NCBI GenBank assembly: GCA_963697745.1
Contig: CAVOPD010000016.1
Coordinates: 24,931-88,930 of the forward strand
Source of the DNA: an uncultured Acidobacteriota bacterium
GTDB taxonomy: Bacteria > Acidobacteriota > Vicinamibacteria > Vicinamibacterales > CAVVIG01
DNA length: 64,000 bases
Reading direction: 5' to 3'
The number at the start of each line of letters is the position of its first letter. Position 1 is the stretch's first letter. This document shows positions 21,436 to 31,228 of the stretch, one piece after another. The notes beneath the pieces were generated by a model, which had not been told where the DNA came from, made no database searches, and worked only from the letters and a program-made list of their open reading frames with translations. Both the position numbers and the translations under genes were made by a program.

Positions 21436-22890
21436 CTACGCCGAATAGCGTTTGAATGGGTGGAGGTTCTGCTGATCCACGGGCCTCCGGATCCCCAGTT
21501 TCTTCATCCGGAACCGCAAGGTGTTCGGGTGCAGCCCGAGCACGTCGGCAGCGTTGCCGGGACCATTAATCCGCCAGCGGCACCGACGCAGGGCCTGCTC
21601 GATGTGCCGCTGTTCAATCACTTCGAGCGTGCAGTTGCTGCTGGCGCCGTGAGAGAACACCACGCCGGGGCCGTCATCGAGGCGAAGCGTGTCGCCGTTC
21701 GAGTGAATCATGGCGCGCTCGATCACGTTCTGCAGTTCGCGCACATTCCCCGGCCACGAATGCTGCTCGAGTGCCGCGAACACGGCGTCGGGAATCCTGG
21801 TGAACTTGCGCCCCAGGGCTCGCTGCCGCCGGTTCACGAAGAACCAGACCAGGCGCGGGATGTCCTCGAGCCGGTCGCGCAGCGCCGGCAGCGCAATCGG
21901 GAAGACATTGAGGCGATAGTAGAGATCTGCCCGGAATCGACCCTCGGCGACCGCCGCTTCCAGGTTGTGATGCGTGGCCGCGACAACACGCACATCGACC
22001 CGGCGTGACTGCGACGAGCCGACGCGCTCGAATTCGCCTTCCTGCAGCACGCGCAGCAGTTTGGCCTGCACGTCGGCGGGCAGATCGCCGATCTCGTCCA
22101 GGAAGAGCGTGCCCATGTGCGCCAGCTCGAAGCGGCCCTGTCGCATCGACACCGCTCCGGTGAACGCCCCGCGCTCGTGGCCGAAGAGTTCGCTTTCGAT
22201 GAGCGTCGGTGGAAGCGCGGCGCAGTTGACTGGCACGAACGGCCGGTTCCGGCGGGCGCTTCGTTCGTGAATCGCACGCGCGAACAGTTCCTTGCCGGTT
22301 CCGGTCTCCCCGATCAGCACGACCGACGCGTCGGTGGCGGCCACCTCCTGCACGCGCGCCAGCGCCGTGCGCAACAGAGGGCTGTCGCCGATGACGTCCT
22401 GGAACTCCGCGCCATCGACAAGGCTCGTGAAGCAGACGACGGGACCCGAGTTCAGGCGGGCGATCTCGGCCTGAGCACGCTCCAACTCGCGGGCCTGCCG
22501 CCCGCGCTGAAGTGCGACGGCCATGAGGTTCGCGAGCGTCTGCAGCCGGTGTTCGACGGGCGGTTCCAGGGGCGACCGGTCGCTGCGCTGCTCGATGACG
22601 AGCGCGGCGAAGGGTCGGCCATCGAGCACCACCGGCACCTTCAGCGCCGATTCGCCGGAGTTCGCCGGGACAGCGCGGCTCCAGACGTGGGGGTCGTCGC
22701 CGCTCGGACTACCCTCCGAAGCCGATTCGAACGCCGCCCGGTCGCTTCCGAGGATGTCGCCAACCGCCGCCAGCGCCGCGTCGATCGGCCCGGGCCCCAG
22801 GCCGTCCCAGGCGGCAAGGTTCGATGCGAGGTGAGCGCACACCCGGTCGAGTCCACGGAGTACTCCGTCGAGAACCTCGAATTCGCTCAT
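21436..22890 (-). CDS. Sigma-54-dependent transcriptional activator (GAF - AAA+ - Fis-type HTH)
   Basis: ORF 21436..23094; likely start is the ATG at 22890 (MSEFEVLDGV). Walker A GETGTGKE, GAFTGA motif, C-terminal HTH AADVLGLHPNTLRFRMKKLGI. Confidence 0.9.
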   Translation of the reverse strand: MSEFEVLDGVLRGLDRVCAHLASNLAAWDGLGPGPIDAALAAVGDILGSDRAAFESASEGSPSGDDPHVWSRAVPANSGESALKVPVVLDGRPFAALVIEQRSDRSPLEPPVEHRLQTLANLMAVALQRGRQARELERAQAEIARLNSGPVVCFTSLVDGAEFQDVIGDSPLLRTALARVQEVAATDASVVLIGETGTGKELFARAIHERSARRNRPFVPVNCAALPPTLIESELFGHERGAFTGAVSMRQGRFELAHMGTLFLDEIGDLPADVQAKLLRVLQEGEFERVGSSQSRRVDVRVVAATHHNLEAAVAEGRFRADLYYRLNVFPIALPALRDRLEDIPRLVWFFVNRRQRALGRKFTRIPDAVFAALEQHSWPGNVRELQNVIERAMIHSNGDTLRLDDGPGVVFSHGASSNCTLEVIEQRHIEQALRRCRWRINGPGNAADVLGLHPNTLRFRMKKLGIRRPVDQQNLHPFKRYSA

Positions 22891-23118
22891 ATGGGGTTGA
22901 CGATTGCACCCGTGCAACGGATGTACCAGGCGTTGAGCCCTGAAAAATCGCGCGATTGCGGTGTATCGCCGACGCGAACCCCGCGCCAGCGTAGTCGTTC
23001 CGTCCTGCTGAACGGAGGCCCTCCGTAGGTCCGGAGGCCGGCGATCGGGGCGATGAGAACAGTTGGCATGCTGGTGCCGGTCAAACGACGACACGATAGC
23101 TGGTCACGCCGGATGCGA

Positions 23119-23135
23119 CTATGCGCTTTCGGCAA
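23119..23135 (-). promoter_or_regulatory. Conserved intergenic motif TGCCGAA-N3-GCATAG, copy oriented toward the sigma-54 activator gene
   Basis: Plus strand reads CTATGCGCTTTCGGCAA. Lies 229 nt upstream of the start at 22890. Confidence 0.35.
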
Positions 23136-23139
23136 CGAC

Positions 23140-23158
23140 GCCGACCTGAAGGGTCGGC
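23140..23158. repeat. REP-like hairpin GCCGACC-TGAAG-GGTCGGC
   Basis: 7-bp perfect stem. Same hairpin family as 32298..32315 and 57519..57536. Confidence 0.45.
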
Positions 23159-23171
23159 AGTACGATCAGCC

Positions 23172-23835
23172 ATGGCAGTCCAGACCGTCGCACCCGCACG
23201 CGGAGTCCTCGATCCGCTCGATCGCAGCTCGGAGCTGCTGTTCGGGCTGATCATGGTGATGACGTTCACAGGCTCGATCAGCGTCGCCGAATCGGGCCAC
23301 GGACAGATCAGGGACACGCTGCTCGGGGCGATCGGGTGCAACCTGGCCTGGGGCATCATCGACGCGGGGATGTACCTGATGGCGCGCTTCACGGAGCGCG
23401 CGCGCGGTCTCATCACGCTGAAGGCGATCCGGGAGGCGCACGACGCCGCTCAGGCTCATCTGCTGATCGGCGAGGCTCTCCCCTTCGGGTTGTCGCGCCT
23501 GATAGCCGACGAGGACTTCGAGCGGGTACGCGGCTGGCTGCGCGAGGTGCCGGCGCCGGTGCACGACGCCGCCATCACCCGCGAGGACCTGGCGGGCGCG
23601 ATTCGGCGTCTTCCTGCTGGTCTTCCTGTCGACCTTCCCCGTCGTCATCCCGTTTCTGCTGATGCGCAACGCCGGACCCGCGCTGCGAGTTTCGCACGCG
23701 GTCGCGATCCTCATGTTGTTCCGGGTCGGCTGGTCGATCGGCACACACACGGGCCGCTCCGGATGGCGGGTCGGGCTCCTGATGGTGGTCGTCGGCACGG
23801 CGCTGGCCGTGATGACAATGGCGCTCGGCGGGTGA
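23172..23835 (+). CDS. VIT1/CCC1-like (VIT family) membrane protein; one frame disruption near 23.60 kb
   Basis: ORF 23121..23948 is correct up to ...REDLAGAI. A +1 shift then gives GVFLLVFLSTFPVVIPFLLMRNAGPALRVSHAVAILMLFRVGWSIG...MALGG and a TGA at 23833..23835. N-terminal motif is DPLDRSSELLFGLIMVMTFTGS. Family call is by recall. Confidence 0.55.
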
Positions 23836-24065
23836 TGCGCGTCAGCGGCGACCGGGTCATCACATGCTGTGACCCTCCCACGGCGCATTGTGACCCGTTG
23901 CCGGTGCCGTGTGCCGATCCCGGCGGACATCGCCCGCCAATACGCTGATTGAGGACGGTTGTCGATTCCCTTACAGGCACCCGAGACTGGCAAGCCCGGT
24001 GCAAACCTGCTGAAACACGGTGTGGCAGTGAGACGAATCACGCGTGACCAAGGTTCCTGACTGAC

Positions 24066-25739
24066 ATGGTGATTGCCGCGCGCGACTGGCTGTCGACGTA
24101 CGACCGGACCTGGCTTCGAGCAGACGTCATGGCCGGCGTCACGCTCGCGGCCTATCTGCTGCCAGCCGCGATCGGCGATGCCTCGCTCGCCGGTCTGCCG
24201 CCACAGGCGGGCCTCTACGCCTGTCTGTTCGGCGGGCTGGTGTTCTGGATCTTCTGCAGCTCCCGCCAGACAGCCGTCACCATCACGTCGGCGATCTCGC
24301 TGCTGATCGGCGCGTCGCTCGCGGAGATTGCGTCGAACGATCCAGCACGTCATGCGGCGCTGGCTGCCTGCACGGCACTTCTGGTGGCGGCGATGGCATT
24401 TACGGCGTGGGCGCTTCGTGCCGGTGCGATCGTCAACTTCTTCTCGGAGACCGTGCTGGTCGGCTTCAAGTGCGGAGTCGCATTGTTCCTCGCAAGCACC
24501 CAGCTGCCCAAGCTGTTCGGGTTCAGCGGCAGTCATGGGGATTTCTGGGAGCGGATGGCGCACTTCTTCCGCGGCCTGCACGACACCAACCCTACGTCGT
24601 TGATGCTGGGTCTCGCCGCGCTCACGCTGCTGCTGCTCGGCAAGACCGTGCTGAAGCACCGGCCGGTCGCGCTGTTCGTGGTCATCTTCGGCATCATCGC
24701 GGCTCGGGTGGCCCACCTGGATGAGCGAGGCGTCGCGCTGCTGGGCGAGGTGCCGCAGGGTCTGCCGGTGCCATCGTTGCCACTGGTGAGCCGGGCCGAC
24801 ATCAACACATTGCTGCCCCTCAGCATGGCGTGCTTCGTTCTGGCCGTCGTGGAGACGACGGCGATCGGCCGCATGTTCGCCGCGAAGCACGGCTATCGTC
24901 TCGACGCGACGCAGGAGTTCCTCGCCATCGGCGGTGCCAATCTCGCGGCAGGCCTGGGGAGCGGTTTTCCGGTGAGCGGAGGCATGTCTCAGTCGCTGGT
25001 CAACGAGACCGGCGGCGCCCGCACCCCGCTCTCCGGCCTCGTCGCCTCGGTGCTGACGCTGCTGGTGGTGCTCTTCTTCACCGGCGCGCTGCGCTACCTG
25101 CCGCAGCCGGTGCTCGCGGCGATTGTCCTGGTGGCAGTCACGGGCCTCGTCAAGCTCGATGCGCTCAGGCACATCTGGCACTTCAGCCGGGCGGAGTTTG
25201 CCGTCGCCATGATCGCGGTCGTCGGCGTGCTCGGCTCCGGGCTCCTCAACGGCGTGCTGTTCGGCGTCGTGCTGTCGCTGCTGATCCTCCTCCACCGTGC
25301 ATCGCGTCCGAGGGTGGTCGAAGTGGGGCGCGTTCCCGGCACATCCTACTTTGCCGATCTGGCACGTCACCCCGACAACGAGCGCCTGGCCGACGTGCTC
25401 GTGATTCGAATGGAAGGATCGCTGCTCTACTTCAACGTCGATCACGTCCGCGATCGGGTGCTGGCGTTCGTGAGCGGCCCCCCCACGCCGCCACGCCTCG
25501 TGGTGTTCTTCCTGGGCAATGTTCCCTTTGTCGATCTCGCCGGCGCCGAACTCCTGCTCGATCTGCACGCCACGCTGCGCCGCCGCGGCATCGATGTGCG
25601 GCTCGCCGAGGCGCGGGGAGAAGTGCGCGAGGCGCTGCGTCGCCTCAACCTGATCCAGGCGAACCGACTCGTCGAAGCGAACCAGACGGTAGACGACGTG
25701 ATCAGCAAGTGGCGGGTGACGGTGCAGGCGCAGGCGTAG
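24066..25739 (+). CDS. SulP-family anion transporter with C-terminal STAS domain
   Basis: ORF 24066..25739, intact. N-terminus WLRADVMAGVTLAAYLLPAAIGDASLAGLPPQAGLY, multiple TM segments, STAS tail. Confidence 0.9.
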   Translation: MVIAARDWLSTYDRTWLRADVMAGVTLAAYLLPAAIGDASLAGLPPQAGLYACLFGGLVFWIFCSSRQTAVTITSAISLLIGASLAEIASNDPARHAALAACTALLVAAMAFTAWALRAGAIVNFFSETVLVGFKCGVALFLASTQLPKLFGFSGSHGDFWERMAHFFRGLHDTNPTSLMLGLAALTLLLLGKTVLKHRPVALFVVIFGIIAARVAHLDERGVALLGEVPQGLPVPSLPLVSRADINTLLPLSMACFVLAVVETTAIGRMFAAKHGYRLDATQEFLAIGGANLAAGLGSGFPVSGGMSQSLVNETGGARTPLSGLVASVLTLLVVLFFTGALRYLPQPVLAAIVLVAVTGLVKLDALRHIWHFSRAEFAVAMIAVVGVLGSGLLNGVLFGVVLSLLILLHRASRPRVVEVGRVPGTSYFADLARHPDNERLADVLVIRMEGSLLYFNVDHVRDRVLAFVSGPPTPPRLVVFFLGNVPFVDLAGAELLLDLHATLRRRGIDVRLAEARGEVREALRRLNLIQANRLVEANQTVDDVISKWRVTVQAQA

Positions 25740-25747
25740 CGTGTGGG

Positions 25748-27115
25748 ATGACACGCGCGATGAACCACTGGATGCAACCGCTGCTGATTCTGCTCTCGCT
25801 GCTGACGCCGACATGCGTGCTGGCCCAGGCCCACGACGCGCCGCCGAGCCAGCCGGACGAAAGAACGACCGGGTTGCCCTCCCGAATCGACTGGACGTTC
25901 AACCTCGACGCGACATGGGGCACGTTCGGGTTCGCCAACTCACTGTTCGAAAACCCGAAGGAGGGCGTGGCGGAGGATCTGAGCGATCAGTGGTTCGAAG
26001 GATCGCTCAAGCCGGCACTCTCGGGCGTGTTCACCAGCGGATCATCGGGAGAGATCTACGGAAGGATGAGTGGCGTCGGCGAGCGGACGTACGGTTCGGC
26101 ACCGGCGCTGGTCGGCGAGGATGTCTCTTCCTTTCAGGTCGAGGATCTCACCATCGGCTGGCGATCGGCACAGATGGCCGTGCCTGGCGAGCACGCATTC
26201 GATGTCTCAGTCGGCCGCACGCCGTACACGATCGGCCATGGTCTGCTGCTGTGGGACGGTGCTGCCGAGGGCGGCAGCCGCGGCGGGTACTGGACGAACG
26301 CGCGCAAGGCATTCCAGTTCGCCGCGATCGGGCGCGCGCACGTGGGCCGTCACAAGGCCGACGTGTTCTATCTGGACAAGGACGATCTCCCGGAGCAGGA
26401 CACCGGGACCAGGCTGTGGGGCACGAACTACGAGCTGACCATCGACGACCACACGACGCTCGGCGCGGCCTACCTTGGATTGTTCGCCGATCCGGAACGC
26501 GCCCCGCAGCGGGACGGTCTGCACGTGCTCAACCTTCGCGCCTATTCGGCGCCGCTCGCGCGGGCCCGCGATCTCTCCTTCGAGTTCGAATACGTCGTCG
26601 AGCGACGTGGCGATCTGCGTCACTCCGACGGATGGACCCTTCAGTCAGCGTATGCGTTCAGCGGCGTGGGCTGGACCCCGACGCTCACCTACCGGTATGC
26701 CTCATTTCAGGGCGACGATCCGGCGACTCCGCGCAATGAGGCGTTCGACCCGTTGTTGCCCGGCTTCTCCGACTGGGGCAGATGGTGGCAGGGAGAAATC
26801 GTCGGTGAATATGCCGTCTCCAACTCCAACCTGAACTCGCAACTGGTCCGCGTGCATGTTGCACCGGGCGATGCGGTTGGCGGAGGATTGATGTTCTACA
26901 AGTTCACGGTCGGCCAGCCGGCGACGTTCGCTCCAGGTGTAACCGACAGCAATCTGGCGCTCGAAGTTGACGGCTACGTGGACTGGAAGATCAACCAGCA
27001 CTTCACTGCCAGCCTCGTCGCGGCAGGCGCCAACCCGCAGACCGCCGCACAGCAGGCATTCGACCGGAGGAAGAACTTCGCGTACGGCATGCTCTTTCTT
27101 GCCTACAGTTACTAG
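25748..27115 (+). CDS. Outer-membrane beta-barrel (alginate-export/porin-like)
   Basis: 3' part of ORF 24830..27115. ATG at 25748 gives the signal peptide MTRAMNHWMQPLLILLSLLTPTCVLAQA. C-terminus is ...MLFLAYSY. Family call is tentative. Confidence 0.6.
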   Translation: MTRAMNHWMQPLLILLSLLTPTCVLAQAHDAPPSQPDERTTGLPSRIDWTFNLDATWGTFGFANSLFENPKEGVAEDLSDQWFEGSLKPALSGVFTSGSSGEIYGRMSGVGERTYGSAPALVGEDVSSFQVEDLTIGWRSAQMAVPGEHAFDVSVGRTPYTIGHGLLLWDGAAEGGSRGGYWTNARKAFQFAAIGRAHVGRHKADVFYLDKDDLPEQDTGTRLWGTNYELTIDDHTTLGAAYLGLFADPERAPQRDGLHVLNLRAYSAPLARARDLSFEFEYVVERRGDLRHSDGWTLQSAYAFSGVGWTPTLTYRYASFQGDDPATPRNEAFDPLLPGFSDWGRWWQGEIVGEYAVSNSNLNSQLVRVHVAPGDAVGGGLMFYKFTVGQPATFAPGVTDSNLALEVDGYVDWKINQHFTASLVAAGANPQTAAQQAFDRRKNFAYGMLFLAYSY

Positions 27116-27135
27116 CGCAGGGTCTCACAGAACAT

Positions 27136-28581
27136 ATGCCGCTGCCCAATCACAAGACGAAGATTGTCGCCACGATCGGCCCGGCCTCGGATTCGCCGGC
27201 GATGCTCGAACGGCTCATTCGCGCAGGGCTGAACATCGCACGCCTGAATTTCTCGCACGGCGACTTCACCGGGCACGCTGACCGTATCGCGCGCATCCGC
27301 GCCGCGCAGGCCGCTACGGGCCGCCGCGTCGTCATCATGGCCGATCTGCCCGGCCCCAAGATGCGGGTCGGAACGATCGCGCCAGAACCGATCCACCTGG
27401 TCGAACGTGCCCGTTTCACCCTGACCAGCGACGACATCGTCGGCACGCCGGAGCGGGTCTCGATGAGTTTCACCAGCCTGCCCACGGTGGTGAAGCCTGG
27501 GGATCGATTGTTCCTGAACGACGGCCTGATTCAGGTGGTGGTCGAGCAGGTCGAGGGCACCAACGTGCACTGCATCGTCGCCGTGGGCGGCGAGTTGCGA
27601 TCCAGGAAGGGATTGAACCTGCCCGGAATCGACCTTGGCATTGCCGCATTCACCGATCACGATCGCGCCTGCCTGGCCTTCGCGCTCCAACACGGCGTGG
27701 ACGCGGTGAGCCAGTCGTTCGTGGAGACCGCCGCCGACATCAACGCCGTGCGCGAGGCAGCGAACGCACTGGGCCGGCAGCCGTTCATCATCGCCAAGAT
27801 CGAACGCTCCGACGCACTGGCGAATTTCGACCAGATTCTCGACGCCGCTGACGGCATCATGGTGGCGCGAGGCGACCTCGGCGTCGAGGTGCCGATCGAG
27901 CAGATGGCGATCCTGCAGAAGCAGCTCATCGCGAGGGCCCACCGCGCGGGCAAGCCGGTCATCACGGCAACGCAGATGCTCGAGTCGATGACCAACAGTC
28001 GCCTGCCGACCCGTGCCGAGGCAACCGACGTCGCCAATGCCATCCTGGACGGCACCGACGCGGTGATGCTCTCGGGCGAATCCGCCATGGGCAAGTTCCC
28101 GGAAGAGGCCGTGCTGATGCTCGCGAAGATCGCCGCGTACACCGAACAGCATCGCGGAGTGAGGCGGACGACCAGCGATCCGGATGGCGGGCAGCAACGG
28201 ACCAGGCCGACGACTGCGGCGGAGGCGATGGCATCGATGGTCGAACACGCCCTTGAAACAGTGCCGTGCGCCGGGGTGTTCGTGCCCACCCGAACCGGCA
28301 CGACGTGCCGGATGATTGCGCGAATGGGATCGTCATCGTGGATCGTGGCGCTGTGCCCCGATGACGCGGTCTGCCAGGGGCTGGCCTTTTCCTTTGGCGT
28401 GCATCCCGTTCATCAGGAAGCCGATCCGGCGAGCTGGCGCGACTTCGCGCGAGGCTGGCTGCGCGAACACCAGTTGCCCGGTGCCATTGCGCTGCTGGCG
28501 GCCGGTCCGTCGGCGCGTAATCCCGACGCCGACCACCGTCTCGAGTTCCTGCACGTTGGTGACAAGCTTTCGTCGATCTGA
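27136..28581 (+). CDS. pyk: Pyruvate kinase
   Basis: ORF 27136..28581, intact. Motifs: KIVATIGPAS, ARLNFSHG, MVARGDLGVE. Confidence 0.9.
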   Translation: MPLPNHKTKIVATIGPASDSPAMLERLIRAGLNIARLNFSHGDFTGHADRIARIRAAQAATGRRVVIMADLPGPKMRVGTIAPEPIHLVERARFTLTSDDIVGTPERVSMSFTSLPTVVKPGDRLFLNDGLIQVVVEQVEGTNVHCIVAVGGELRSRKGLNLPGIDLGIAAFTDHDRACLAFALQHGVDAVSQSFVETAADINAVREAANALGRQPFIIAKIERSDALANFDQILDAADGIMVARGDLGVEVPIEQMAILQKQLIARAHRAGKPVITATQMLESMTNSRLPTRAEATDVANAILDGTDAVMLSGESAMGKFPEEAVLMLAKIAAYTEQHRGVRRTTSDPDGGQQRTRPTTAAEAMASMVEHALETVPCAGVFVPTRTGTTCRMIARMGSSSWIVALCPDDAVCQGLAFSFGVHPVHQEADPASWRDFARGWLREHQLPGAIALLAAGPSARNPDADHRLEFLHVGDKLSSI

Positions 28582-28601
28582 CGAGAACGGATTTGTGCCC
28601 A

Positions 28602-31113
28602 TGCTTCCTCCAAACACTCAGCCATCGGCCCGGACCACGGACATCCTGTCAACCGACGTGCGCACCGGCATGACCGTTCTCGATTTGAAGCAGTCGTTCC
28701 TCGACAATCTTCGGTGCGGGCTCGGTCGAAGCCTGGAGCGAGCGACGCGGCGCGACGCCTACACGGCGCTCGCGCTCACAGTTCGCGACCGGGTCTTCGA
28801 ACGCGGGGTGCAGACACTGGAGCGATACGCGGAGGAGGACGGGCGCGTGGTGGCCTACCTGTCCGCCGAATTCCTGCCCGGTCCGCACATGGCCAACAAC
28901 CTTCTGAGCCTCGGGCTCACCGCCGTGGCGCGGCAGGCGATGTCCGAACTCGGACTGGATTTCGACGACCTGCTGGAGCAGGAGGAGGAGCCTGGCCTCG
29001 GCAATGGCGGCCTCGGGCGGCTCGCGTCCTGTTTCCTCGACTCGCTCGCGGCGCTCGAGGTCCCGGCCGCCGGCTACGGCATCCGCTACGAATTCGGGAT
29101 CTTCGATCAGCGCATTCAGGACGGCTGGCAGGTCGAAGTGACCGACAAGTGGTTGCGCTTCGGAAATCCATGGGAGATCGTCCGGCCCGAGATCGCCTAC
29201 GACGTGATGTTCGGCGGCCGCACCGAGAAGTGGACCGACGACCAGGGACGCTTCCGCGTGCGCTGGATCCCGGACACCGTCGTGAAGGGCGTCGCGTATG
29301 ACACGCCGATCCTCGGCTACCGTGTGTCCGACCTGCAATCCGCTTCGCCTCTGGAAAGCCGAGGCGGTGGAATCGTTCGACTTCGCCGCGTTCAATCACG
29401 GCGATTACTACCGGGCGGTGAAGGACAAGATGGACTCGGAGAACATCACCAAGGTGCTGTATCCGAACGACGAAGTGCTCCAGGGCAAGACGCTCCGCCT
29501 GCAGCAGCAGTTCTTCTTCGTCTCCTGCTCGCTGCAGGACATGCTTCGCGTCCACCTGATGCTCGATCGTCCTCTCGACACGTTCCACGAACGATGGGCG
29601 GTTCAGCTCAATGACACGCATCCGGCGGTTGCGGTCGCCGAACTGATGCGCCTCCTCGTGGACGAAAACCAGCTGGAATGGGAGGTCGCCTGGAACATCA
29701 CGCGAAAGACGCTCGCCTATACCAATCACACGCTGCTGCCCGAAGCCCTCGAGAAGTGGCCCATCGGCCTGTTCGGCCGCCTCCTGCCGCGTCACCTCGA
29801 GATCGTCTACGAGATCAACGCGCGCTTCCTCGAGGACGTTCGCGCCGCCTTTCCCGGCGACGATGCCCGCCTCTCGCGCATGTCGATCATCGATGAAAGC
29901 GGCGAGCGGTTCGTGCGGATGGCGAACCTGGCAACGGTGGGCGGTCATCGCGTCAACGGCGTCGCGCGGCTGCATTCCGATCTGCTCAAGCAGACCGTGA
30001 TGCGCGACTTCGCGGAGCTGTGGCCCGATCGGTTCTGCAACGTCACCAATGGGGTCACCCCACGCCGGTTCGTCGCCTTGAGCAATCCGGCGCTGACCCA
30101 GCTCATCACCGATCGCATCGGCGATGGGTGGCTGCGCGACTTGAATCAGCTGCGACAACTCGAGGCGTTCGCCGACGATGCGGCGTTTCAGGACGAGTGG
30201 CGCGCGGTGAAGCTGGGCGCGAAACGTACGCTGGCCGAGATCGTCGAACGACGTACGGGCGTCAGGATCCGCCCGGAATCGCTGTTCGACATTCAGGTCA
30301 AGCGGCTGCACGAGTACAAGCGCCAGCACCTCAACGTGCTCCACATCCTGACGCTCTACCTGCGGTTGACGCGCGGCGATGGGCGCGGACCTGCCGGCAC
30401 GCACCTTCCTGTTCGGCGCCAAGGCTGCTCCCGGCTACTTCATGGCCAAGCTGATCATCAAGTTGATCAACTCGGTGGCCAGCGTGGTCAACCACGATCC
30501 GGCGGTTCGCGATCGCCTCAAGGTCGTGTTCTTTCCCGACTACAACGTGAAGCACGCCCAGCCGATCTTTCCGGCCGCCGACCTGTCGGAGCAGACGTCC
30601 ACGGCAGGCAAGGAGGCGTCGGGGACCGGGAACATGAAGTTCTCGCTCAACGGCGCGCTGACGATCGGGACCCTCGACGGCGCCAACGTCGAGATTCGCG
30701 AGGAGGTCGGTCCCGAGAACTTCTTCCTGTTCGGCCTGGATGCCGATCAGGTGCAGGCGTTGAAGTCGGCTGGCTACCGGCCGCGCGATTACTCGGACTC
30801 GAATGCGATGCTTCGCGAAGTCCTGGACTTCATCGCGTCTGGCGCGCTCGCTGGCGGTGACAAGGAGCTGTTCCGTCCGCTGGTGGACAATCTGCTCGAT
30901 CACGATCCCTTCCTGGTGCTCGCCGACTATCAGTCCTATGTGGAGTGCCAGGCGCAGGTCAGCACGCTGTGGCTCGATCCGCAGGCATGGACGCGCACGT
31001 GCATCCTCAACGTGGCACGAATGGGGAAGTTCTCGTCAGACCGTTCGATCCGCGACTACTGCGCGCAGGTGTGGAACGTCGAGCCGGGCCGGCGTCCGCG
31101 TGCCTCCGTGTGA
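28602..31113 (+). CDS. glgP: Glycogen/maltodextrin phosphorylase; two frame disruptions (about 29.33 and 30.38 kb)
   Basis: Fragments are ORFs 28316..29614 (from the ATG at 28602), 29298..30860 and 30379..31113. Motifs: [20 protein letters not shown], and the PLP-lysine motif [10 protein letters not shown]. Confidence 0.9.
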
Positions 31114-31123
31114 CGGCCGGCAT

Positions 31124-31141
31124 GCCGAAACCGCATAGTCC
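31124..31141 (+). promoter_or_regulatory. Conserved intergenic motif TGCCGAA-N3-GCATAG, copy upstream of DUF481 gene
   Basis: Reads GCCGAAACCGCATAGTCC. Lies 88 nt upstream of the ATG at 31229. Confidence 0.35.
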
Positions 31142-31228
31142 CGGTAACTCGACGGTGGTGCAATAGCGGGTGTGTCCGGCGTGTGTGGTCAACGAGAAGC
31201 CCCTGGCTGTACGGCATCGCGTCAGGTG

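Noticed and set aside
24830-25747. 5' 300 codons of ORF 24830..27115, which would make a 761-aa protein.
   Set aside because: This part overlaps the SulP gene in another frame and is Arg/Pro/Gly junk. A good signal peptide begins at the ATG at 25748, so only 25748..27115 is taken as coding.
23166-25814. 882-aa ORF on the minus strand, the longest ORF in this region.
   Set aside because: It is antisense to the well-supported VIT-like and SulP genes. It is Arg/His/Gln/Asp-rich and low-complexity, with no recognisable domain. This is the typical stop-free antisense frame of high-GC DNA.
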